Positions 18,316 through 27,920 of a stretch of DNA of 64,000 bases are shown here, in pieces. The position numbers were made by a program, and so were the translations under genes. The notes below the pieces were generated by a model. It did not search any database. It saw only the letters and a list, made by a program, of their open reading frames with translations, and was not told where the DNA came from. Location of the stretch: positions 848,550-912,549 of the forward strand of contig OY764868.1 in NCBI GenBank assembly GCA_963668545.1, read 5' to 3'. The stretch comes from Spirochaetia bacterium. Lineage in GTDB: Bacteria > Spirochaetota > Spirochaetia > CADAEX01. How positions within the stretch are numbered: the first letter of the stretch is position 1; each line of letters starts with the position of its first letter.

Positions 18316-19919
18316 AGGCTTGCTCCTTTTTTCAGGGTTATATTGATTTCAGTCCCTTCTCCAGGTTCCGATGAGATCTCAAACCTGCCTTTCATATTGT
18401 TTACGCTCTTATTTACAAGATCAAGGCCCACACCGTTGCTGTTTGTCTTTGTTGTATATCCCCGTTCGAAAACAGCCCCTGGATCGGGGCCTTCTATCCC
18501 GTTTCCCGTATCCCTGACAGAGATTTTAATTACATCCTGTTCATCACTGATGGAAAGGTATACATTCCTGTTCTGAACCGGCTTTTTTTCCACTGCCTCG
18601 AAACTGTTTTCAATGAGATTCCCGATGATTGTAATCAGATCATTGTTGTAGATATAACTGGCATCATCTAGAAAAGAAATATCATCAATAATGAAATTAA
18701 TTTTAAGCTCTCTTGCCCTGCTCAGTTTCCCCAGAATAAGTGCTGCAATTGTTGCATTTCTGATTTTCTTTGTAATAGAGTAGACCCTCTGGTCCTGGTC
18801 TTCAGTAATATCCATGATGAATTTTTCAGCATTCCTGTAACTGCCCGAATGAATAAATCCCAGTATAACATGAAGTTTGTTTTTGAATTCATGGTTGCTT
18901 GCCCTTAATGCTCCGATAATCTGGTTTACACCTGTTATCTCCTCAGCCAGCAGAGTAAGCATTGTCTTATCCTGGAATGTTGCAATTGCCCCGGTAATCC
19001 TGTTCCTGTCTCGTATTACAATCCTGTTTGCTACTACAAGAGTCTGGTTTATAACATCTTCCTGGTTGTACTGGTTCTCCCCGTATTTCATGACATCAAG
19101 AAGTTTTGTTGAGGGAAATATATCAATTATATCCCTGCCTATTATTTCTGAAGGGTCTCTGTCCAGATTGAGGATTTTTACTGCAGATTCATTGATCATT
19201 GTTATTCTGCATCTATTGTCTATTGCGAGGATCCCTTCATGGATAGCGTTGAGCATTCCCTTTTTTTCGTTGTAAAGCTGTATTATCTCATAGGGTTCAA
19301 GCCCTAGAAGTGTTTTTTTTATATTTCCTGCCAGAAGTGCGGATCCGGAAAAACCGAACAGAAGTGATATTGCGAAAGAGATGTAAAAAAAGTAGAGTGA
19401 CTGGCCCTTTATTTTTGCAATATTTGATATAAGTGTTCCTGTCGTTACAAAACCTATCTGCCTGCCTGATTTATCCATAACAGGGGCGAATGCCCGAAGT
19501 GATTTTCCCAGTGTTCCTGTTGCTATTGATATATAGCTTTCACCTGTTTCAATAATCCTCTGATTGTCCCCCCCGACAAATTTCTCCCCCACTTTATCAG
19601 GATCCGGGTGGGCAAACCTGATACTGTTCATGTCGCAGACAGTTATAAATCTTATATTGGTAAGTGTGTTCCTGATATTGTTGACATAGCTGTTGCATCT
19701 GTTTTTGTCCCCTGTCAGAAGGGTATCAATAACTTCGCTGTCCTTTGCAAGTCCCTGTGCAATATTCATTACAGTGATTTCAGAATAATTCTGGATAGTT
19801 TTCATTTCCATCCATATGCTGAATACCCCTGAAATAACAAGCGATATAAAGATAACCACAGTGGTCAGTATTGTTATTTTTGCTGCAAGGCCGGTTTCCT
19901 TAAATCTGATATGTTTCAT
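18312..19919 (-). CDS. CitA/DcuS/MalK-family sensor histidine kinase
   Basis: Sensor motifs RFAHP, GTLGKSLR; PAS; LRASNHEFKNKLH; GNLIENS, DTGNG, GYTTK, GVGL. Confidence 0.93.
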   Translation of the reverse strand: MKHIRFKETGLAAKITILTTVVIFISLVISGVFSIWMEMKTIQNYSEITVMNIAQGLAKDSEVIDTLLTGDKNRCNSYVNNIRNTLTNIRFITVCDMNSIRFAHPDPDKVGEKFVGGDNQRIIETGESYISIATGTLGKSLRAFAPVMDKSGRQIGFVTTGTLISNIAKIKGQSLYFFYISFAISLLFGFSGSALLAGNIKKTLLGLEPYEIIQLYNEKKGMLNAIHEGILAIDNRCRITMINESAVKILNLDRDPSEIIGRDIIDIFPSTKLLDVMKYGENQYNQEDVINQTLVVANRIVIRDRNRITGAIATFQDKTMLTLLAEEITGVNQIIGALRASNHEFKNKLHVILGFIHSGSYRNAEKFIMDITEDQDQRVYSITKKIRNATIAALILGKLSRARELKINFIIDDISFLDDASYIYNNDLITIIGNLIENSFEAVEKKPVQNRNVYLSISDEQDVIKISVRDTGNGIEGPDPGAVFERGYTTKTNSNGVGLDLVNKSVNNMKGRFEISSEPGEGTEINITLKKGASL

Positions 19920-21312
19920 TGGCTCCGTTTCTTCCCGCTATTCTGCCGAATACAAGGCATTCTGTTATTGCGCAGCTTCCCAGCCTGCATGCCCCGTGAA
20001 CTCCCCCTGTTATTTCACCTGCTGCATATAACCCTTCTATCCTGTTCCCGTCAAGGTCAAGAACATGGGCTTCGCTGTCTATTCCGACCCCACCCATTGT
20101 ATGGTGTACCTTGGGCCACAGCCTGATTGCATAGAAAGGGGCTTTATCAACAGGGGAGGCATTTTCGAGCATGGGTTTTCCGTATTCGCTGTCGTTTCCT
20201 TTCATGACAGAACTGTTGAACTTTTTAAGAGAGTTTTCAAGCTCTTTGCAGTCAATAGAGTATTCAAAGGCAAGCTCAGAAAGGGTTTCAAAGCTTTTTA
20301 CAACCCCTTTTTTCATACACTTTTCAATATCCCACCCTGATTCTTTCACTGCTTTTGAATCTGCTATTCCTATACATGGATGTCCCTTCGCAAGTATTGC
20401 GTCTGAAACTGTTTTCCTGTTTCCAAGCTCATTCACGAATCTTCTCCCTGTTTCAGGGTCTATCACCAGTCCGTACTGAAACACTATATATTCAGAGAAA
20501 GAGGGCCCGTCCCCGTATCCTTTTTCATCTGGAGATGCCCAGGGACCTGTCTGAATGTGGGAAAGCTGAACAGGGGCGGCTCCTGCCCTGATTGCTTCTT
20601 TAAGGGGGTGTGAATCAGAAAAAACCTGAGTTGTTGCTGAAACAGTTTCATTAAGACGGGGATCCTGGACTGACCGGAAATATTTATCGCTTGCAAAACC
20701 CCCTGCAGCAAGGATCACTGCCTTTTCTGCCCTGATATTTATTTCCCTCCCTTTTTTTATTCCCCTGAAGTCATATCCCTCTTCAGCTGTAATCCCTTCA
20801 ATCCTTCCATTGCTGTTTCTTATGAGTTTTTTCATGAAACAGCTGTATCTGATTTCTATTCCCAGTTCTTTTATCTTCTCAATCTGTTTTTTTATTATTG
20901 TATGGCCTGTTACCTTCTCTGCAGTATAGCAGCGCGGAACAGAATGTCCTCCGAAAATATCAACCCTGTCAAGATATCTGACACCCAGGTATTCTTTTGA
21001 CCAGAGAAATGCATTCCTTGAGTTTTCAACCACTGTTTTGACAAGATCAGGGTGGTTTATTCCCATGCCTGCATTCATCATATCCCTGAAAAAGAGATCA
21101 CAACTGTCTTCAATTCCTCTTATTCTCTGCTCTTCTGTCCCGCAGGCTGCAATCCCGCCGTCGCTTATTACCGAGTTGCCTCCGGGGGCCTTCATTTTTT
21201 CTATTACAAGCACTTCAGCTCCGCTGTTGTGAGCTTCAATTGCTGCTGAAAGCCCTGCAAATCCTGATCCGATTATTATTATGTCTGTTCTGTTATCCCA
21301 TTCATTTATCAT
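19900..21312 (-). CDS. Flavocytochrome-c-type FAD oxidoreductase (fumarate/urocanate/acrylate reductase superfamily); no signal peptide or haem motif
   Basis: GSGFAG, GGNS, GGHSVPR, RFVNE, KVHHTMGG, GVHGACRLGSCAI. Confidence 0.88.
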   Translation of the reverse strand: MINEWDNRTDIIIIGSGFAGLSAAIEAHNSGAEVLVIEKMKAPGGNSVISDGGIAACGTEEQRIRGIEDSCDLFFRDMMNAGMGINHPDLVKTVVENSRNAFLWSKEYLGVRYLDRVDIFGGHSVPRCYTAEKVTGHTIIKKQIEKIKELGIEIRYSCFMKKLIRNSNGRIEGITAEEGYDFRGIKKGREINIRAEKAVILAAGGFASDKYFRSVQDPRLNETVSATTQVFSDSHPLKEAIRAGAAPVQLSHIQTGPWASPDEKGYGDGPSFSEYIVFQYGLVIDPETGRRFVNELGNRKTVSDAILAKGHPCIGIADSKAVKESGWDIEKCMKKGVVKSFETLSELAFEYSIDCKELENSLKKFNSSVMKGNDSEYGKPMLENASPVDKAPFYAIRLWPKVHHTMGGVGIDSEAHVLDLDGNRIEGLYAAGEITGGVHGACRLGSCAITECLVFGRIAGRNGANETYQI

Positions 21313-21333
21313 TATTTCCCTTCAATTAAAGAC

Positions 21334-21948
21334 TTATTTTCCTGCAATTATTTCAAAAACATGCTTGTCTTCTTTATATTTTGATGTTGTCTTTTCTGAT
21401 ACAGAGAGTTCTTTCCATCCTGTGAAAAAATTAATAACTGATTCCCTGTTAAAAAACCTCTTGTAATGTCCGTCCTGGTTGTAGAACCCTTTTTCAACTT
21501 CGACCCCTTTTCCTGCCCTGTAGTGGTAGTCCCTGTCCGAATTCACCCTGGCAAAGAGAAATCCCCCCCCTTTCAGTATTCTTTTCATCTCCTCAAGTAT
21601 TTCCGAAGTTTCCTCGGCTGAAAAATAGTGGAGACACAGGTCTGCAATTATAACATTGAATGAGCTGTTTCCAAAAGGAAGCTTCTGTGCAAGGTCAACT
21701 TTCATTATCTCCGCTTCAGGAACTCTTGCCTTGAAATTTTCAAGTGCTGTCAGGGAGATATCGGTTGATATGATACTGTAACCGCTTTTGAGAAGATGCT
21801 CGCTCAGGTATCCTTCGCCGCACCCGAATTCAATTATTCTGTCATCATCTTTAATCAGGTTCATGTAGCATTTGAGCCACAGGTCCTTCTCTGAAATTTC
21901 CAGATTTCTCATGTACATATCGTTCCAGTAATTTTCCCTGTTTTCCAT
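21334..21948 (-). CDS. Class I SAM-dependent methyltransferase
   Basis: IIEFGCGEG, TDIS, LPF, ADLCLHYF, RILKGGG. Confidence 0.85.
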   Translation of the reverse strand: MENRENYWNDMYMRNLEISEKDLWLKCYMNLIKDDDRIIEFGCGEGYLSEHLLKSGYSIISTDISLTALENFKARVPEAEIMKVDLAQKLPFGNSSFNVIIADLCLHYFSAEETSEILEEMKRILKGGGFLFARVNSDRDYHYRAGKGVEVEKGFYNQDGHYKRFFNRESVINFFTGWKELSVSEKTTSKYKEDKHVFEIIAGK

Positions 21949-22148
21949 TCTGCGCTGACTCTCCTGTTCCTGAAATATTTACCCTGTACTGTTTCAGGAT
22001 AATAAATGACTTATTTGATTTTACAGTCTGGAAAAATCAAAATCAAGAAATATATTTCCGCTTTTCAGGCAGTCAATAATATGTAAAAAAATATCCGGGA
22101 GAATTTAAAACTGTATAATCAGTAATCATTATTGATAAATCTTGTATA

Positions 22149-22206
22149 ATTCTTTATATAGTGTTAATATGTCCGATAATTTAAGTAGATACGCTATATA
22201 TGGTAT
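22149..22206 (+). promoter_or_regulatory. Tandem NrdR boxes upstream of nrdJ
   Basis: ATTCTTTATATAGTGT (22149-22164) and ACGCTATATATGGTAT (22191-22206), 42 bp apart; both resemble acaCwAtATaTwGtgt. Confidence 0.75.
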
Positions 22207-22229
22207 ATGTATTTCATAACGGAGGTTAT

Positions 22230-24464
22230 ATGTCTGAATTATCACAGAAAATAAGCAGTGAGATCTTTAAAATAAAATATATGCTTCACGGTGAAAAGGA
22301 ACCTGATGAAGTTTACAGAAAAATAGCAGATGAGATAGCTTCTGCGGAAAAAAAAGGAAGAAGGAAAGAGTGGGGGGATAGATTCTACAGTGAAATCAGT
22401 TCAGGACGTCTCATTCCAGCAGGGCGTATACTTGCAAATGCAAGGCCTGAAAGCAGAATGAAAAACTATAACAACTGTTTTACAATTGATATAGAGGATT
22501 CGCTTGAAGGTATTTATGATTCCCTTAAAGAGGATGCTGTCATAAGCAAAATGGGAGGGGGAGTGGGGTTTGATATATCAAAACTCAGACCTAAAGGTGA
22601 CAGTCTTTCAAAGGGGGGGGAATCATCAGGTGTAATATCCTTTCTCAGAATATTTGATCAGTCTGCAAAGACTATAATGACAGGGGGGCAGAGAAGGTCT
22701 GCACATATTGCTCTTCTTGATGTTTCACACCCTGAAATTGAGGATTTCATAACAGTAAAGCAGGGGGACGGAAACAGGGAGCTTACTCAGTTCAATATTT
22801 CTGTGAAGATAACTGATGATTTCATCAGAGCAGTTGAAAAGGGCGCTGACTGGAATCTTGTATACGGTGGAAAAGTATATAAAACAGTCAAGGCAAGGGA
22901 GCTCTACGATCTAATTGCAAGGAATGCATATCTTCATAATGAGCCTGGTATTTTCTATTCAGATACTGTTGAAAAATACAACAACGGATACTGGGCTTTC
23001 CGGATGGACAGGGTCAATCCGTGCGGGGAACTTGTAATGCCTCCCTATTCACTGTGCTGCCTTTCCGCTGTAAACCTTGTCCATTTTGTTGAAAATCCCT
23101 TTACAGATAATGCCTTATTTGACTTTCAAGGGTTTGCTGAAACAGTTTCAACCGGGGTCAGGTTTCTCGATGATGTTCTTGACAGGACTGCTTACCCTCT
23201 TGAAAAAATAAGGCAGTTTTCCCGTCAGTGGAGAAGGATAGGGCTGGGCTTTACAGGCCTGGGGGATGTTTTTGCAATGATGAAGATGAAATACGGTGAT
23301 GATGAATCACTTAAGCTTTCCGCTGAGATCGCAGAATCTCTCCGTAATGAATCCTATAGAGCATCAAGCTGTCTTGCAGCTGAAAAAGGGAGTTTCCCCG
23401 CTTTTGACAGCGATAAATTTCTGAAAGCTGAGTTTGTCATGAATCTTCCCCCTGATATAAGGGAAATGATCAGGAATCAGGGGATGAGGAATATCCAGCT
23501 TAATACGGTTGCCCCGACAGGAACTACATCGCTTTCTGTCGGACAGAACTGTTCTTCCGGCATAGAACCCATATTTTCCCTTACATTCAACAGAAACATA
23601 AGGACAGGGAAGGGTGATGAAACTGTGACAGAGGAGGTGTCTGATTATGCATACCTTCTTTACAAAAATATCACCGGGAGATCAGATGTGCCTGATTATT
23701 TTGTCACAACAAGAGATATAGATCCATACAAATCAATAGATATACAGGCTGTTTTCCAGAAGTATGTGGACCACAGCATTTCCAAGACACTCAATCTTCC
23801 TCCGGGTACCACTTATGATGAATATGTCAATCTTTTCATGTACGGATACAGGAAAGGCCTGAAGGGCTTTACAACTTTCAATCCTGAAGGAAGCATGAAG
23901 GGGATTCTTGAATACAGCGGCGAAACTGAAAAAATGACCAGGAGCCATACAGTAAAAAGGCCCCGGGACCTTGCATGCGAAATTCACAGAATTTCTTCAA
24001 AGGGTAAAAGCTATATAGTTATTGTAGGGATATATCAGGGTTCCCTTTATGAGCTGTTTGTAATTGATGATCCTGAAAAGGATATAGATCTGGGCAGCCG
24101 AAAGAGCGGGATTGTGAGAAAGGTCAGGAAGGGAAGGTATGACCTGATTTTTAAAAACGGGAAAGAACTTACCATGCTGAAGGATTTTACCCGTGAATAT
24201 GATTCTCCTGACGCTTCCCTTGCAAGGTTCATATCAATGGCTCTCCGTCACGGAACACCGCTTCCCTATGTTGTTGATCAGCTTGTAAAGGACACCAACT
24301 TTATTGATTTTGAAAGAAGCGTATCGCGGGTGCTTAAAAAATATATTAAGGATGGAGAAGAGGTTGTCTCGGGAGAGAATATCTGCCCCGACTGCGGCGG
24401 CAGACTCACCTACAGGGACGGCTGCATATCTTGTATTGAATGCGGATACAGCAAATGTTCCTGA
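22230..24464 (+). CDS. nrdJ: Adenosylcobalamin-dependent (class II) ribonucleotide reductase
   Basis: NCF, GGGVG, RVNPCGE, IGLGFTG, TVAPTGT, ISKTLN; C-terminal CPDC...CIEC.YSKC; ATG at 22230 after GGAGG. Confidence 0.93.
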   Translation: MSELSQKISSEIFKIKYMLHGEKEPDEVYRKIADEIASAEKKGRRKEWGDRFYSEISSGRLIPAGRILANARPESRMKNYNNCFTIDIEDSLEGIYDSLKEDAVISKMGGGVGFDISKLRPKGDSLSKGGESSGVISFLRIFDQSAKTIMTGGQRRSAHIALLDVSHPEIEDFITVKQGDGNRELTQFNISVKITDDFIRAVEKGADWNLVYGGKVYKTVKARELYDLIARNAYLHNEPGIFYSDTVEKYNNGYWAFRMDRVNPCGELVMPPYSLCCLSAVNLVHFVENPFTDNALFDFQGFAETVSTGVRFLDDVLDRTAYPLEKIRQFSRQWRRIGLGFTGLGDVFAMMKMKYGDDESLKLSAEIAESLRNESYRASSCLAAEKGSFPAFDSDKFLKAEFVMNLPPDIREMIRNQGMRNIQLNTVAPTGTTSLSVGQNCSSGIEPIFSLTFNRNIRTGKGDETVTEEVSDYAYLLYKNITGRSDVPDYFVTTRDIDPYKSIDIQAVFQKYVDHSISKTLNLPPGTTYDEYVNLFMYGYRKGLKGFTTFNPEGSMKGILEYSGETEKMTRSHTVKRPRDLACEIHRISSKGKSYIVIVGIYQGSLYELFVIDDPEKDIDLGSRKSGIVRKVRKGRYDLIFKNGKELTMLKDFTREYDSPDASLARFISMALRHGTPLPYVVDQLVKDTNFIDFERSVSRVLKKYIKDGEEVVSGENICPDCGGRLTYRDGCISCIECGYSKCS

Positions 24465-24468
24465 ATCA

Positions 24469-24500
24469 AGGCCGGATTTGTTTCCGGCTTTTTTTATTTT
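24469..24500 (+). terminator. nrdJ terminator
   Basis: GCCGGA-TTTGTT-TCCGGC followed by a T run. Confidence 0.75.
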
Positions 24501-25159
24501 TTTATCTGCCTGCTCAGGGAAATCTTGTTTCCCACTTTCTGCCCCAGTCCGTAGGATTCGGGGTCCACCCTGTTGTTGACCCGTTTCTTTCTTACAGTAC
24601 CATAGGTCTCTTCAAGATATCCGCTGTTTTCAGACCTTGTTTTCCCTTCCATTGAGAGGACAAGCTGTTTTTCGTCCTCTGAAGCAGTTTCATCAGCATT
24701 CATTTTTTTAAGCCTTTCATTGATATTTACTACCATGCCGTACCTGAAGCTGTCAGGGTGCCTTACCACAGGATTATATTTTCTGCTTATTCTTGTAATT
24801 GTTTCATGAAGGTACTGGAAAAGGTTCTCTGCCGCATTTACATTTATATCCCTTCCGATAATGTAGACCTTTCCCTCTCCCGGTTTATGTACAGCTTCCG
24901 TGTAGGTCGCGTTCATTATTGTTGAGAGTAGAGCTGATTCCCAGTTTCTCAGCCTTTTCTTATCAAGTATGCTTCTCTCTATTACAGTGTTTTTAGAATC
25001 ATGGCTGCTTATGTCTGTCATTGAGAGGCCGTGTTTAGCGAGAAGCAGGTGAACCTTTGCAAGGGCGGAAGCTGCTTCAGCTTCATTTGGGGAGTCTGAA
25101 AGTGCTATCAGCTTTTTAATTTTTTCAAATATTATTTTATTATCCTTTTCGTCATTCAT
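24494..25159 (-). CDS. DUF2786-domain protein
   Basis: KIKKLIALSDSPNEAEAASALAKVHLLLAKHGL; DSFRYG; C-terminal YGLG. Confidence 0.8.
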   Translation of the reverse strand: MNDEKDNKIIFEKIKKLIALSDSPNEAEAASALAKVHLLLAKHGLSMTDISSHDSKNTVIERSILDKKRLRNWESALLSTIMNATYTEAVHKPGEGKVYIIGRDINVNAAENLFQYLHETITRISRKYNPVVRHPDSFRYGMVVNINERLKKMNADETASEDEKQLVLSMEGKTRSENSGYLEETYGTVRKKRVNNRVDPESYGLGQKVGNKISLSRQIKK

Positions 25160-25319
25160 ACTTTATTCTCCTTGATTGTTGCTGATATGCCAGTAAAGAG
25201 AAACTGTTTTTACTGTATTTGAATACAGGGATTGGATTTAAGGCGGGGAGGGTGATATCCTCTGAAATTCTGTATCAGCTTAATTAATCCGTACTTTTTT
25301 AAATTATAAATCCTGATAG

Positions 25320-25517
25320 TCAGTCCTGTTTTATCTCTTTAACCCGGCCGACATCTCCCGATTCAAGACGTACTTTTATACCGTGCGGATGGAATGAGGA
25401 ATTTGTAAGAATATCCTTTACTGTCCCGTATGTCAGCCTGCCGCTTCTCTGGTCCTGCTTTAAGACAATTGCTACCTGGATTCCCGGTTTTATATCGTTT
25501 CTGTTTCTTCCGTCCAT
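25320..25517 (-). CDS. YwbE-family (DUF2196) protein
   Basis: IVLKQDQRSG.LT.G.VKDILT.S..HPHGIKVRL..G.VGRV. Confidence 0.9.
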   Translation of the reverse strand: MDGRNRNDIKPGIQVAIVLKQDQRSGRLTYGTVKDILTNSSFHPHGIKVRLESGDVGRVKEIKQD

Positions 25518-25519
25518 TG

Positions 25520-26734
25520 CTATTTCCTTTTTCCCGGATAATAAAGGTTTTTATCTGTCAAGTTTTCAAGAACATTACTGATGTAGAGAGAAGCTTCCGA
25601 TTTAGCACCATCAAGGTCCTGGTCCCTGAAATTACCGCAGTCTTCAGCTGTTGCCCCGGGAATTTCACCTTTGTAGTCTGCTATAAAGGTAAACATTTCC
25701 TTTATTACTTCTTTGACATCAGTGGATTTGAGGTCCCCGTGAAAAATGACATAGAAACCTGTCCTGCATCCCATTGGTCCGAAATACACAGTCCTGTCTT
25801 TCCATTCGCTGTTGTTTCTGAGGAATGTTGCCCCGAGATGTTCAATTGTGTGGAGTGCTGCAATATCAAGAACATTTTCCCTGTTGGGAAGCTTCATTCT
25901 GATATCAAATGTTGTAACTGTCTCTTTTCCAAGCATGTCCTGCCTTGAGACGAATATACCTCTATCCATTTTTGTATGATCAATAGTAAAACTTTCTATT
26001 TTATTCATTTCCATTTTATTTTCTCCTCCTGCCCCGGAAGCAAGCTTTTTTATAAGTCCTTTTAAAAGGTTCACAGAATTGGCAGCTGCCACAGGAAGGT
26101 ATTTGTCAAAAGAGATTTCATTACCTTCTGTAAAGATAAGATCAGATATTGACCTTATTATCAGGAAAGGTGTGCTGAACCTGTAACATGCCTGTGCAAC
26201 AGCGCCTCCCTCCATTTCGCCTGCAATTACATCAGGGAAATTGTCATTCACATTATCTATATGCTGCTTTTCATTAAGAAAAAGATCTCCTGAAACAATA
26301 AGCCCTTTATGGATTTTATATCGGCAGTCAAAAAGAGTACAGTCGTTTGCCATATTTAAAAGTTTCATATCGCTTTCAAAATAGAGAGGACAACCGGGAA
26401 CCTGACCTATTTCATATCCGAAAGCTGATACATCAACATCATGCTGTGCAACTTTTGTGGAAAGAACAATATCTCCTATCGAGAGTTTTTTTGAAAAACC
26501 CCCTGCCGACCCTGTATTGACAAGATAGTCCGGTTTGAATCTGTCAAGGAGTATTGCAGATGCTATGGCAACATTGACCTTTCCAATACCTGACTGAAGA
26601 AGGATAATGCTTATATTATGTATCTCCCCTGTAAAAAAGGTGAAGCCGCCTGTTATAATGGTCTTCTTCTTTTCAAGTTCATTGTTAAGGCCGCTTAATT
26701 CCTCCTCCATGGCAACAATAATTCCAAGTTTCAT
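25520..26734 (-). CDS. mtnN-luxS: Fused MTA/SAH nucleosidase (Pfs/MtnN, aa 1-~231) and S-ribosylhomocysteine lyase (LuxS, from Met241)
   Basis: Pfs: IIVAMEEE, SGIGKVN, NTGSAGG, EMEGGAVAQ, IRSISD. LuxS: ESFTIDH, FDIR, LHTIEH, GPMGCRTGFY, DCGN. No stop codon between them. Confidence 0.9.
   Translation of the reverse strand: MKLGIIVAMEEELSGLNNELEKKKTIITGGFTFFTGEIHNISIILLQSGIGKVNVAIASAILLDRFKPDYLVNTGSAGGFSKKLSIGDIVLSTKVAQHDVDVSAFGYEIGQVPGCPLYFESDMKLLNMANDCTLFDCRYKIHKGLIVSGDLFLNEKQHIDNVNDNFPDVIAGEMEGGAVAQACYRFSTPFLIIRSISDLIFTEGNEISFDKYLPVAAANSVNLLKGLIKKLASGAGGENKMEMNKIESFTIDHTKMDRGIFVSRQDMLGKETVTTFDIRMKLPNRENVLDIAALHTIEHLGATFLRNNSEWKDRTVYFGPMGCRTGFYVIFHGDLKSTDVKEVIKEMFTFIADYKGEIPGATAEDCGNFRDQDLDGAKSEASLYISNVLENLTDKNLYYPGKRK
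26012..26030 (-). promoter_or_regulatory. Internal Shine-Dalgarno and ATG at the start of the LuxS domain
   Basis: AGGAGGAG-AAAATAAA-ATG (ATG at 26014), in frame with the fusion. Confidence 0.75.
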
Positions 26735-27129
26735 ATTGCATCCCTTTTATCCTTTTATTAACTTTTCTACTATATCAGTATATAACAATATCGGTAATAT
26801 TAAATATTATTAAGTGCAACAAATATAATTCGAAGTTTTTCTGACCTGAAAAAAAGTATTTGAAAGAAGGGCTTCTTATAATTTGGAGCTTGTAAACATG
26901 ATTATAATTCAGAATCCCCGAAGGATTGATAACTCCGGGTAATTTAAATAACTTCTTGCTATATAAAGGTTTAGGGGTGGTTGATTAAATAGTTTTTTTT
27001 TAATACCATCACATTCCCTTCTTCAGGAAAATGCCCGGAAAAAGGATTGAAACTCAACCTTGGAAATTGCTTTATAACTGGATAAATTTCACTGAAGAGG
27101 GAAAAACAATTAACGGGGAAATTTAATTA

Positions 27130-27747
27130 ATGAACGAAACTTTTGTGGCAGTCAAGGACAATACTGCAAATCCTGCTCCTCTGGGGCTTATCGGATTCGG
27201 ACTTACAACAATTCTGCTTAATATCCATAATGCAGGATTCTATCCGCTCAACTCAATGATCATGGGTATGGGAATCTTTGTCGGAGGGCTTGCGCAGGTT
27301 GTTGCAGGCATACTTGAGGCAAGGAAAAACAACACTTTCGGTACGACAGCATTTACTGCATACGGTTTTTTCTGGCTCAGTCTGGTAGCTGTATGGGTAA
27401 TGCCTTCACTCGGTGTTGCAGAAAAAGCATCTTCATTTTCAATGGGATTTTATCTCCTTCTCTGGGGGCTTTTTACTCTAGGTCTGTTTTTGGGGACATT
27501 TAAGATGACAAGGGTACATCAGATCATTTTCGGCTCACTGGCACTCCTCTTCTTTCTTCTTGCAGCAGGGGATTTTACAGGAATCAGCCTGATCAAAGTA
27601 ATTGCCGGGTTTGTAGGAATAATATGCGGATTGTCAGCCTTTTACGGATGCATAGCACAGGTACTGAATGAAGTTTACGGGAAAACAGTTCTTCCCATGG
27701 ACAGGTTTCCTGCACTTAAAGTGCTTGCTGCTGCAATTTCTGAATAA
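27130..27747 (+). CDS. satP: Acetate/succinate transporter, GPR1/FUN34/YaaH family
   Basis: ANPAPLGLIGFGLTT, NTFGTTAFTAYGFFW. Confidence 0.93.
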   Translation: MNETFVAVKDNTANPAPLGLIGFGLTTILLNIHNAGFYPLNSMIMGMGIFVGGLAQVVAGILEARKNNTFGTTAFTAYGFFWLSLVAVWVMPSLGVAEKASSFSMGFYLLLWGLFTLGLFLGTFKMTRVHQIIFGSLALLFFLLAAGDFTGISLIKVIAGFVGIICGLSAFYGCIAQVLNEVYGKTVLPMDRFPALKVLAAAISE

Positions 27748-27798
27748 CAGGATTACAGAATCTCTTTTGTTGTTTTACAAGCTTTAAAACAGTAATTC

Positions 27799-27840
27799 AT
27801 CAGCTTTCCACAGTGTATGATTTTGGAAAGCTGATATTTT
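27799..27840. terminator. Probable terminator between satP and ogt
   Basis: ATCAGCTTTCCA...TGGAAAGCTGAT followed by ATTTT. Confidence 0.55.
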
Positions 27841-27920
27841 CAACCGGAAATATGGGGAGTAAAAACCTGTTTTATTATTACAGGAAGAATAATCCGTTTA
27901 AAAACTGAATTTTCAGACAA

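Noticed and set aside
19900-21312. Respiratory fumarate reductase FrdA
   Set aside because: No frdB/frdC nearby, too short for FrdA, and the QxHPT histidine is missing.
21949-22229. Cobalamin riboswitch before nrdJ
   Set aside because: A/T-rich with no B12-box; the NrdR boxes explain the region.
26735-27129. SAM or SAH riboswitch upstream of pfs-luxS, or a structured satP leader
   Set aside because: Only a small UUCG hairpin and one imperfect 12-bp inverted repeat; no riboswitch consensus and no expression-platform terminator.
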